Shown piece after piece: positions 10,401 to 19,044 of a DNA stretch of 64,000 nucleotides. This DNA is from Deltaproteobacteria bacterium (GTDB lineage: Bacteria; Myxococcota_A; UBA796; UBA2385): assembly GCA_018401435.1 (NCBI GenBank), contig JAGYJW010000024.1, forward strand, positions 33,122 through 97,121. The letters are read 5' to 3'. Below the pieces are notes generated by a model. The model was given only the letters and a program-made list of their open reading frames with translations, did not search any database and was not told the origin of the DNA. The position numbers were made by a program, and so were the translations under genes. Within the stretch, counting starts at the first letter, position 1; the number at the start of each line of letters is the position of its first letter.

Positions 10401-10972
10401 TGCTGCGCGTGGTGGGCCGGCAGACCGAGCGCCGCCTGCTCGGCCCCTGGCTGCACCTGCTGGCTTGGACGGTGGCCACGGGCGGCGCATGCTGCCGGGT
10501 GCAGGTGGTCTTTGTGGCCGATGAGCCCGCGGTGACCAGCCTGGGCATGCCCCAAGGCAGCCCCGAGGAACGCCTGGCGGCCGCAAGCGCCGAGCTGCTG
10601 CGGCGCATCGCGGGTTGGAAGGCGGGCAGGGTGCGGCCCCTGCCGCTTTACGAGCGTTGCTCCCACGCCTTTGCCACGGCGGCCCTGAAGCAGGTGGCCG
10701 ACGCCGACGCCCTGCTCGCGCCAGAGGCCGAAGAGGCCCGCGAGGCGGCGGTCAAGGCCGCGTCGGACTCCTGGTGTGGCAACGGGTCGGGCCGGGGGCT
10801 GATCGAAGGCGCCGATCTGCTGCTGCAGCGGGTCTTCGGCCCGGTGGGGGCGCGGTGGTCCCGACGGCCCTGGCAGCGGCCCGATGGTGGCTTGGACGAG
10901 GCCTTCGCCCGGGCGGCCTTGGACCACTGGCTGCCCATCCTGCAGGCCATCCAGCCCGTGGAGGCCGCGTGA
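7406..10972 (+). CDS. recC: exodeoxyribonuclease V subunit gamma
   Basis: (V)PGLHLHRSNHLPLLAELLAQ...LSDPFAPEWVVIGNKGLEAWL matches the RecC N-terminus. About 1188 aa with no interruption, followed directly by recB and recD. The GTG 7406 start is inferred from N-terminal similarity and no clear SD is present. Confidence 0.85.
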   Translation: MPGLHLHRSNHLPLLAELLAQNMVQAPLSDPFAPEWVVIGNKGLEAWLVRSLAQRIGICAQVEFPFALGFLERAAASLEAAASGQHRPFGLEPPASGWSVDAITWAVLEMLPQLSEDPQHRAIFAPVRAWVAADDDRSWTGRRAYGLARRIAEVFDRVLVFRPELARAWSAGLPGPGLLPADLAWQPVLWHAVQLRLGPDACHLADRLSRLPGWLAAGPLPDDFPRRVNVFGLSTLAPVLLSAFADLSALIDVDLLLLSPSEGYWERVRRGRGLAESEEADAVPNLLLGAFGRLFRDFQEQLLELPQQLDDHTERSEIDLYIDPAKMGAPSALRALRSDAVRLEQGRHALPLLQIGPDGPVARDASLQVHACHGPTRQVEVLRDVLLGLLEDDPTLQPRDILVLAPEMESWAPLVAAVFDQGGEEAGPQGPPRIPVRIEDLSFRRTNPVATALLALLALVEGRMPASAVLDLLSLEPVRLAFGIDPDELPDVQALFERAGVRWGSDAAGRAAHDQPEDDAHTWRFGLERLALGVAMADDWCHFAGRVPLDDAEGGAVSLVGRALRFGAVILEEVERLSAPRPLSAWVAALLGTGDAPGTLDRLVAAPDRASWLVERTRREVEQVGIHGESAGVGLDLDLPTLRAHLEGRFEVAAPNPRTPGGAVAFAALRPMRGVPHRVICLLGMDEGAFPRSRPDLRFDPCNRSPRVGDRDPRDEDRAAFLEAVLAAQDHLVLLYSGRNPRSDAACPPCGPLAELLDIVDRSFEPLHWAGREQAPTACLTQHHPLQGFSPQAFTPVMLPPLGQVGLRAWSFDPGLEGAARQLARSSEGLRVAPVFLPLDEALPADPDAESGGPALALDSLAAFWKRPVRYLLENRVGLRLRDDAHAVPDREPLELHGLERWSVDQSLLEAADAGLEPALAQSVLLGRGALPLGLAGRRTIAQRADVVQRALDLESSLRGSRPGEAFNLDLALGGLRLVGRLEDCVQEPGPDGPWQRCVLRVVGRQTERRLLGPWLHLLAWTVATGGACCRVQVVFVADEPAVTSLGMPQGSPEERLAAASAELLRRIAGWKAGRVRPLPLYERCSHAFATAALKQVADADALLAPEAEEAREAAVKAASDSWCGNGSGRGLIEGADLLLQRVFGPVGARWSRRPWQRPDGGLDEAFARAALDHWLPILQAIQPVEAA

Positions 10973-13900
10973 GTCCCGATTCTACCTATGATCTCAGCGG
11001 ACCGCTGCCTCAGGGCATCACCGTGTTGGAGGCCAGCGCCGGCACCGGCAAGACCTATAGCATCGCCCACCTGCTGGTTCGTCTCATCGCCGAAGACGCG
11101 GTGCCCGTGGACCAGATCCTGGTGGTGACCTATACGCGGCTGGCCACCGCCGAGCTGCGCGACCGCCTGCGCGCCCGCGTGGCGCTGGCCGCCGGCGCCT
11201 TGCGGGGGGAGCCCGTGGACGATGGGCTCCTGGTCAGCTGGGGGGCCGGCGCCCCAGACGATCTACGCCAGACCTGGCTTCGGCGGCTGGAGCGCGCCCG
11301 AGAGGACTTCGATGGCGCCAGCATCGAGACGATCCATGGTTTTTGCCAACGCATGTTGCAAGTCAACGCCTTCGAGAGCGGCGCCAGCTTCGACCTGGAG
11401 CTGGTCCCCGACCTGTCGGAGCGGGTGGAGGAGCTGGTCGATGACTGGATCAGCCGGGCCCGCTACGGCACCGGCGACGACGCCACCGACGCCTGGCTGG
11501 ACGACGCGCGGCAGGTGGCCTGTGGCCTGACCCGCGATGGGCTGCTGGGCCTGGCCCGGGCCTCCATCGCCGACGAGGAGGTGCGCCTGCAGGCGCCCGG
11601 CCCATCGACCCTGATGGACTGGCGGCAAGAGGCCGCCGCCCTGCTCGCCCTGGCCCGGTCCCCCGCCGGAGACGCCTGCGCCGCCGTCGAGGCCGTCCGC
11701 AAGGCCAAGGGCCTGGACGGCCGCAGCTACCAGGAGCGCTATAGCCTGAGCCATTGGGCCAAGGCCTTGGATTGGCTGGAGGCCGACCCCCTGCCCGAGC
11801 AGCCGCCGGGCACCTGGGTCGAATATTACTCCCCTGCCAAGATCCAACAGAAGGCAAAGGGCGACGTGAGCGCCCTGCTGACGCACCCTTTCATCGTGCA
11901 GCTCGAAGCATTGCTGGATCGGGCGCGGGAGGTCGTGCGGGCCGAGCGCCTGCGCGTGGCGGCCCATGCTCGGACGGCCCTGCGCAAGGGCCTGCGCGAG
12001 CGCTTCGAGCAGGGCTTTGGCGACCTGTTGGCCGAGCTGGCCGCGGCCTTGCGGGACCCCACCCGCGGCGCGGCCCTGCGTGCGGCCATTCGCGGCCGCT
12101 TCACCGTGGGTCTCATCGACGAGTTCCAGGACACCGACGCCTTGCAGTGGGAGATCTTTCAGCGGGTCTTCGGCCGGCTGGCGGGGGAGGAGGCCAGCCA
12201 CCGTCTGGTGCTCATTGGCGACCCCAAGCAGGCCATCTACGGCTTTCGGGGCGCCAATGTGCAGGTCTACCTGGGGGCCCGCGATGCGGCCCAGGCCCGC
12301 TTCACCATGTCGCGGAACTATCGCTCGGACGCGGCGCTGGTGGAGGGGCTCAACCACCTGATGGACCGACCGGGGCTCTTTGGGCCCATGGGCGAGGCGG
12401 GCATCGCCTATGTCCCTGTGGACACGCCCAAGCGAAGCCCTGCCGTGCGCCTTCGATTCTCCCATCCCGTCGATGCAGAGACGGCTGCACCCATTCAGCT
12501 CCGCTTCTTTGACGCTGCCCTGGTGGATCCCGACCAGGCGGGCAACACCCTCACCAAGTCCAGGGCCAACCCTGTGCTGCCCGAGGAGGTCGCCGCCGAG
12601 GTGGCCAGCCTCTTTGCCCAGGGCGCCGAGCTGTGGGACGAGGATGCGCCGGGCGGGCCGGGCTGGCGCCCCCTCAACCCCGGCGATGTGGCCGTGCTGG
12701 TGCGCAAGAACCGCGAGGCCGAGGCCGTGCGCGGGGCCCTGCAGCACCTGGGTCTGCCGGCCATCGTCGCGGCCGACGAGAGCGTCTTTGCTTCGGCCGC
12801 CGCCCTGGACCTGCAGCGCTGGCTGGAGGCCCTCAGCCGGCCGGGCCAGGAGGGGGCGGCGCGGGCCTTCGCCGCCACCGACCTGGTGGGTCGCACCGCG
12901 GCCCAGCTGGCCCAGGGCGACGCAGAGGGCTGGGGCGCGCTGCTGCTGGCGCTGGACGACTGGCGGCAGATCTACGCCAAGTTCGGGTTCATGCGGGCCT
13001 TTCGGGCCATGGCAGACGGCATGGACCTGCGCCTCCGCGTCCTGGCCTTGCCCAATGGCGAGCGGCGCATGACCGATCTGCTGCACCTCGCAGAGCTGGC
13101 CCACAGCGCCGCCACGGAGGGTGGGTTGGGCCTCTCGGGCCTGCTGGGTTGGCTCTGGGAGCAGCGCCACCATCCGACCAGCGCCGGCGACCTGGCCGTG
13201 AGTCGCTTGGAGACCGACGCTCACGCCGTTCGTGTGCTCACCATCCACAAGAGCAAGGGGCTGGAGTTCCCCGTTGTGTTGGTGCCCTGGCTGTGGGATG
13301 GCTCCTTGATCAAGCGCATGGAGGCCGGCCGGCTGGTGGCGCCCGTCCCCGGCGAGGCCACCGCCCGGCAGCTGCTTGTGGACCTGGGCGCCCACCAGGA
13401 TCCCACGGTGCTCGCCGCCGTCGAGGCCGACCGGCAGGCCGAGAATATGCGCCTGCTCTATGTCGCCCTCACCCGGCCGAGGCAGCGCCTCGTCCTGTGG
13501 TGGGGTGCATTGGGCGGAAAGGCCATGGACAGCCCCAAGAGCCCCCTGGCCGCCTTGCTGCATGGCGACGGGCCCGCCGATGGCGAAGCTGGGACCGACC
13601 GCTTCGCCCTTGCCCAGGCCCGCGTGGCAGGCGCCTCGGTCGCGGAGCTGCTCGCCGATTTGCAGGCCAAGGTGGCGGGCGCCCCCATCGCCTTGCGACG
13701 GGTGGTGCGGCGGGTGGCAGCGCCCTATGTGCCGCCCACTGGGTCCGCGCCCAGCCTTGCGGCCCGGCCCTTTCTGCGTGCCGGGGTGGACAAGCTCTGG
13801 CGGCTGCACAGCTACAGCTCGCTGACCCGGGGGGCCGCGGCCTTGGCGGCATGGCGGGCCGAACAGGACGCGCCACCGGACCAGCCCGGCCTGGACAGTG

Positions 13901-14814
13901 ACGCCCGCGACCACAGCGCCGATCCCGTGTCTGAAGCCGACGCGCCCGATGTGCCCCTGGCCGGCTTTCCCGCCGGCGCCGAGGCCGGCACCTGCTTGCA
14001 CGCCTTCTTCGAGGTCTTTGACTTCACCGCGGCCCACCCCGATCGACCCGATGCCGAGGCCCGCGATGCCATCCGGGCCTGCCTCGCCCGGGTGCTGCCC
14101 CGCCATGGTTTTTCGACCGCCCAGCACCTCGACGAGGCGCTGGTGACGGGGCTGTTGGCCTGCCTGCGCACGCCCCTGGGCGGCGCGGTGGGGGCCTTGC
14201 GTCTCTGCGACCTGCCCATGGCCTGCCGCTTCGATGAGCTGCGCTTCGATTTGCCGCTGGCCGGCGGGCGCGACTGGCAGCCGGGCGCTCCCACCATCGA
14301 AGCCGAAGCCCTGGCCGAGGCCCTGGCGGCCGCCCCCAGCCCCGGCATCTCCGCCGCCTACCTCGACCACCTGCGCAGCCTGCCCTTTGGCCGCCTGCGC
14401 CTCGCCGGCTTCATGACCGGTGCCATCGACCTGGTCTTCCGTCATCCGGTGGACGGGCGCTTTTTCGTGGTGGACTACAAGAGCAACCGCATCGATCCGG
14501 GCGCCAGCCGACGCTACCCGGTGGGCAACTTCGTGCCGCCGCTGCTGCAGGCCGAGATGGAGCACCACCACTACCACCTCCAGTATCTGCTCTACAGCAT
14601 GGCGGTGCACCGCTACCTGCGCCATCGGCTGGGTGCGCGCTACGACCTGGAGCGGGACCTGGGCGGGGTCTACTACCTCTTCTTCCGCGGCATGGTGGGG
14701 GAGGGTCTGGATGCCGCCGGCGATGCCCCCCACGGCGTCTTCCACGACCGGCCTCCGGTGGCCGTGATTGAAGCGCTGGACGCCCTCTTCGACCACCCGG
14801 GTGAACCGGCATGA
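10969..14814 (+). CDS. recB: exodeoxyribonuclease V subunit beta (helicase-nuclease)
   Basis: Walker A EASAGTGKTYSI; UvrD-type motifs (IDEFQDTD, LIGDPKQAIYGFRGA, RSNYRS, TIHKSKGLEFPVV). C-terminal PD-(D/E)xK nuclease motif GAIDLVF...VVDYKSN. GTG 10969 overlaps the recC TGA. Confidence 0.9.
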   Translation: MSPDSTYDLSGPLPQGITVLEASAGTGKTYSIAHLLVRLIAEDAVPVDQILVVTYTRLATAELRDRLRARVALAAGALRGEPVDDGLLVSWGAGAPDDLRQTWLRRLERAREDFDGASIETIHGFCQRMLQVNAFESGASFDLELVPDLSERVEELVDDWISRARYGTGDDATDAWLDDARQVACGLTRDGLLGLARASIADEEVRLQAPGPSTLMDWRQEAAALLALARSPAGDACAAVEAVRKAKGLDGRSYQERYSLSHWAKALDWLEADPLPEQPPGTWVEYYSPAKIQQKAKGDVSALLTHPFIVQLEALLDRAREVVRAERLRVAAHARTALRKGLRERFEQGFGDLLAELAAALRDPTRGAALRAAIRGRFTVGLIDEFQDTDALQWEIFQRVFGRLAGEEASHRLVLIGDPKQAIYGFRGANVQVYLGARDAAQARFTMSRNYRSDAALVEGLNHLMDRPGLFGPMGEAGIAYVPVDTPKRSPAVRLRFSHPVDAETAAPIQLRFFDAALVDPDQAGNTLTKSRANPVLPEEVAAEVASLFAQGAELWDEDAPGGPGWRPLNPGDVAVLVRKNREAEAVRGALQHLGLPAIVAADESVFASAAALDLQRWLEALSRPGQEGAARAFAATDLVGRTAAQLAQGDAEGWGALLLALDDWRQIYAKFGFMRAFRAMADGMDLRLRVLALPNGERRMTDLLHLAELAHSAATEGGLGLSGLLGWLWEQRHHPTSAGDLAVSRLETDAHAVRVLTIHKSKGLEFPVVLVPWLWDGSLIKRMEAGRLVAPVPGEATARQLLVDLGAHQDPTVLAAVEADRQAENMRLLYVALTRPRQRLVLWWGALGGKAMDSPKSPLAALLHGDGPADGEAGTDRFALAQARVAGASVAELLADLQAKVAGAPIALRRVVRRVAAPYVPPTGSAPSLAARPFLRAGVDKLWRLHSYSSLTRGAAALAAWRAEQDAPPDQPGLDSDARDHSADPVSEADAPDVPLAGFPAGAEAGTCLHAFFEVFDFTAAHPDRPDAEARDAIRACLARVLPRHGFSTAQHLDEALVTGLLACLRTPLGGAVGALRLCDLPMACRFDELRFDLPLAGGRDWQPGAPTIEAEALAEALAAAPSPGISAAYLDHLRSLPFGRLRLAGFMTGAIDLVFRHPVDGRFFVVDYKSNRIDPGASRRYPVGNFVPPLLQAEMEHHHYHLQYLLYSMAVHRYLRHRLGARYDLERDLGGVYYLFFRGMVGEGLDAAGDAPHGVFHDRPPVAVIEALDALFDHPGEPA

Positions 14815-16968
14815 GCGCCCTGTCCCTCTTTCCTGCTGCCTTGTCCCGGGGGCTGGACCCCGAGGCCGCCCGCGCCATCGAAGACCGCCTGGCGCCCTTT
14901 GTCGCCGCCGGTGCATTGGGGCAGCTGGAGGCCCAGGTGGTGGCCCGGCTGGCCGTGCTCTCGGGAGAGCTTGAGCCCGACGCCTTGCTGGCCTTTGCCT
15001 TTGCCGTTCGGGCGCCCGGTCACGGCCATGTCTGCGTCGATCTGGAGACGCTGCAGGCCCGAAGAGGTGCTGCCCGAGCCCGGCGCGGCGGCCAGCCCCA
15101 GCCCGCCGTCGAGGCCGCCTTGAAGGCCGCCTGGCCCGCCTCGGGTCCGGCCTGGGTGGCCCAGGCCCAGGCGGCCACGGGTCTGCTGCGCCCGGCGCCT
15201 GGACCCTCAGAGGCGGCGGATCCGCCCACCACCCCCTTCGTCTGGGAGGGGGGCCGGCTCTATATGGACCGCTGGTGGCGCCACCAGCGCCAGCTCGCCA
15301 TGGCGCTGTCGGCCCGGGCGGTTGCGCCGGACCTGGCCCTGGCGGATGGTTTGGGCCTGCGGGCTGGCCTGGATCAGCTCTTTCGGCCCCCGGCAGGCAA
15401 GGCAGAGCCCCCCGGCCCCAACCGCCAGCGCCTCGCGGCCGCCATCGCCGCTTTGCGGCCGCTCACCGTCATCTCCGGCGGGCCCGGCATGGGCAAGACC
15501 TGGACGGTGCGCAATGTCCTGGCCCTGCTCTGGTTGGACCACCGGGCCTCGGGCAGCCCGCTGCCCCTGACCGTGGCCCTGGCTGCCCCCACGGGCAAGG
15601 CCGCAGCGCGCATGCGGGACAGCCTGCGGGCGGGCCTGGACGCGGACTTCCTGGGCCGGGTGGAGGCCCTGGCAGGACCCGAGGCCGCGGACGGCCTGCG
15701 CCGCTTCCTGCTCGGCCTGGAGCCGCGCACCTTGCACCGCCTGCTGGGCTACCGCCCCGACCAGCCCACCCGCTTCCGCAAGGGGCTGCGGTCGCCGCTC
15801 GGCGAGGACATCGTCGTCGTGGATGAAGCATCCATGGTCGATCTCGCCCTGATGCGCCGCATGGTGGAGGCCGTGCGCCCCCAGGCCCGCCTGGTGCTGC
15901 TGGGCGACCGCAACCAGCTCGCCAGCGTCGAGGCCGGCACCGTGCTGGCGGACCTCTGCGGGCCCGTCTCGCCCGGTGAGCTGGCCCTGCCCGCTCCATT
16001 GCGTGAGCGCTGTGAGCGAGACCTGGGGCTTGTTCTTGGCGATTCTGTGGCAGCGGTGGGCGACAGCCCCCTGCGGGGCTCGGTGGTGCAGCTCACCCGC
16101 ACCTTCCGCTTCAAGGCGGACAGCGGCATCGGCGCCTTCGCGGCGGCCTGCCTGGCGCGGCCCTTTGATGCCGCGGCGGCGGTGCGGGTCTTGGAGGACC
16201 CGGCCTGGCCCGATGTGGGTCGCATGCCAGGGCTCAGCGGGGACGACAGCCTGCCCCCGCTGCTGGCGGCGCAGGTCCTGGAGGGCTTTCGGCCGGCGCT
16301 GGAGCTGCTCGCCGGGGGCTACCAGGTCGCGCGCGATGGCTGCGTCGCCGTCTTTCAGCGCCGGGTGCTGGACGCCTTGGACCGCTTTCGGGTGCTCTGC
16401 GCCCACCGGCGGGGCCGCAGCGGAGTGGCCGGGCTCAACCGCGCCATCGAGGGCCTGCTGATGCGGCGCTTTGGCTTCTTGCGTCGGGACAGCGCCTTGG
16501 GCCGGCCGGTGCTGGTGTTGGAGAACGCCTATGCGGTCGGTCGTTTCAACGGAGATGTGGGCCTGGGCATGACCCGCAGCGGGCTGCTGGACGGCACGCC
16601 GCCGGTGATCGTCTTCCCCGGGCCCGATCTGCTGCCTCAGGGCCTGTCGGGGGCCGATCTGGCGGCCAAGGTGGCGGCGGGTGAGCTTGCACTGGTCGAG
16701 ACCCTGACCCCGCCTGCCCGCCCACGAGCCCGTCTACGCCATGACCATCCACAAGAGCCAGGGCTCGGAATTCCGCCATGCGGTGGTGGTGCTGCCTGAG
16801 CGGCCCAGCCCCGTGCTCACCCGCGAGCTGATCTACACCGGCGTGACCCGGGGCAAGGAGCGCGTGACCGTGGTGGGCGACCCCGAGGTGCTGCAGGCCG
16901 CCCTCTCCCGCGAGGTGCGCCGCGCCAGCGGGCTCATGGACCTGCTCTGGCCGGGAGGCGCCGCTTGA
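14811..16968 (+). pseudogene. recD: exodeoxyribonuclease V subunit alpha, one frameshift near 16690-16715
   Basis: Walker A ISGGPGMGKTW, VVVDEASMVD, LLGDRNQLASVEAG. After ...GELALVETL the conserved tail [21 protein letters not shown]...YTGVTRGKE continues in another frame (ORF 16741-16968). ATG 14811 overlaps the recB TGA. Confidence 0.8.
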
Positions 16969-18993
16969 CGGCCACTGCGGCCCTCGCCTTGTGGCGGCAG
17001 GTGGTGGTGCTGAATTGCGGCGGCACCATCAACATGTCCCCCGGAGAAGGCGCCCGCCCGGGCGAAGGCGTCGAAGAGCTGCTCTCTGCATTGGGGCCCG
17101 GCTTCGATCTGGATCGGCTTGTCTTGGAGCGCCCCTTTCTGCGCCCTCCCGACAGCAGCGCCATCGGCGAGGCCGAGTGGGCCGTGATCTGCGCCCGCCT
17201 GCGGGAGATCGACGATGCGCGGCGGGTCGCCTGGACCGCGCTTGGGGCCGACGCCGCCCGGGCGGAGGAGCGCGGCGGCGTGGTGGTGGCCCATGGCACC
17301 GACACCCTGCAGGTCACCAGCATGGTGGCCGCCCTCGAATTGGCCGCCGGGGGCCTGATCGCGCCCGTGGTCTTCACCGGCAGCCACAGCCCGCCAGGGG
17401 AGCCCGGCTCGGACGCCCTCAACAACCTCGCCAAGGCCATCTTCGCGGCCACGCGCCGGGCCGAGACCCGCCCCCACAACCTGCCGCCGGGCGTCTATGT
17501 GCTCCTGGGCGAAGACATCCACATCGCCAGCCGCCTGAGCAAGGTGTCCAGCCTGCCCGATGCCGATGGGCGCTACTTCTTCAGCTTCCCCGGTCCGGTC
17601 GCCCAGATGACCAGCAAGGACTTCTCGGTGAAGCTGCAGCAAGGCCTGCTGGACCGCTTGGAGCTCGAGTCTGCAGGAACCCGCTGCCCCCGGCGCACGG
17701 GCCCCTGGGGACGGGTGGAGCACCGGGTCCTCGATGCCTTCAGCCCGCCGGGGGTGCTCGACGACCTGCGCGCGCGCATGCAGTCGGTGCCGTGCGAGCG
17801 ACGCACGGGGCTGGTGGTGCAAGGCGACTTCCGGCGCAATCCCGCCTTGCCGGCCCTTCGGGCGGCCTTGCTGCGACTGGTCGAGGATGGGGTGCTGGTG
17901 GCCATTGGCTCGAAGGGGGCCTACCTCGCCCTGTGCCCGACCGGGCCGGTGGAGGGCCTGGTCCTGCTGGCCCGCAGCCTGAGCCATGCCGGCGCTCGCA
18001 CCAAGCTGTCTTTCCTGTTGGGCTGCCCACTCACGCGGTCCGAGGTGGGCGAGGCCCTGGGGCGGAACCTGGTGGGGGAGGTCTTTGAGACCCGCGAGCT
18101 GCCCCGGTGGATCAAATACGAGGCCTTTGCCGACCAGCGACCCGGCGTCGAGGTGGTGGTGGCCTGGCCCGACCTGCCCGCGGCGGTGCTGCGCGATGCG
18201 CGCCAGGCGCTGCTGGTCAGCGGCAGTCGCAAGATGCGGCTGCATGTGCATGGCTTCGGCTATGGGCACATTCCCATTCCCAACGCACCCCTGGCGCAGA
18301 TCCTCGACGATTACACGGCTGCCTTCCTGCCCGAGTTGGGCCCCTGTCCTCCTGCCGCCCGCCTGACGGGGCTGGTGGACTGGCTGGCCGCGCGCTTGGG
18401 GGAGCGGGCAGGCGAGCTGTTGCCCCGGCTGCGGGAGCGCTACCAGCTGCACCCGGTCCAGGGGGACAAGGCCATCCGGGACGCCGTGGTGCGGGATGTG
18501 CTTGCCCAGGCGCGGAGCGGTCTGGAGGCCCGGCTGGCCGAGGCCCTGGACGCAGGCATCGCCGCGGCGGGGTGCCCTGGCTGGGCGGGGTGCCCGCCCG
18601 GGCGCGCTCGAGGCCTGCGTCGCGCGCCTGCACCTGACCGTAGACCCGGCCCACCTCGACGCCGTCGCAAGCGCGCGGGCCCAGGCAGCGGGCCTGGCGC
18701 CGGATGCGGACCGCCTGCAACGCCTCCTGCTCTTCGCTCCCGATGTGTTGGCCCGGCGCCTGCTCAAGGACGCGGTCATGGCGGCATCGCCCCTGCTGGC
18801 CGAGATCGGGTGCGCCACCGACGATCGCATCGAGGTGCGCGCCCATAGCCTCGCGGTGCGGGGCCAGTCCGACCTCAGCCGCTACGAGGCGGGCAACTTG
18901 CTGCTGGTGCTGGGCGTCAAGGACGACAAGGGTGGGTGGTGGCGGCCCGAAGGCCTCCTGAAAAAGAAAAAGGTGCCAGGTGTCGCATGTTGA
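16965..18993 (+). CDS. L-asparaginase/GatD-family amidohydrolase domain fused to a ~300-aa C-terminal region of unknown function; at least one frameshift near 18570-18600
   Basis: [12 protein letters not shown] and [11 protein letters not shown] are the two asparaginase signature motifs, followed by VVFTGSHSP...SDALNNL. TTG 16965 overlaps the recD TGA (TTGA). Protein-like sequence continues in the frame of ORF 18496-18993 ([19 protein letters not shown]...[14 protein letters not shown]). Confidence 0.6.
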
Positions 18994-19032
18994 GCGTTGG
19001 CCCGTGAGGCTCAACAGGCGACACCTGGCACC
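18972..19032. repeat. REP-like palindrome P2 (24-bp arms with 1 mismatch, 13-nt centre)
   Basis: GGTGCCAGGTGTCGCATGTTGAGC ... GCTCAACAGGCGACACCTGGCACC. The arms are nearly identical to P1. It lies between convergent genes and contains the TGA stop of the upstream ORF, so it may act as a bidirectional terminator. Confidence 0.85.
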
Positions 19033-19044
19033 GGGGCTGGCACC

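Noticed and set aside
7370-14916. Very long minus-strand ORFs (7370-10927, 11263-14916) antisense to recC and recB. Similar ones lie opposite other genes (16833-18830, 22529-25075, 25187-26869, 35969-37615, 37718-39871, 51107-52450, 52207-53817, 56598-58871, 60187-62481, 62328-63947).
   Set aside because: All give Gly/Arg/His/Gln/Pro-rich low-complexity translations with no motifs. The opposite strand carries clearly recognisable conserved proteins in each case. These are typical high-GC shadow ORFs.
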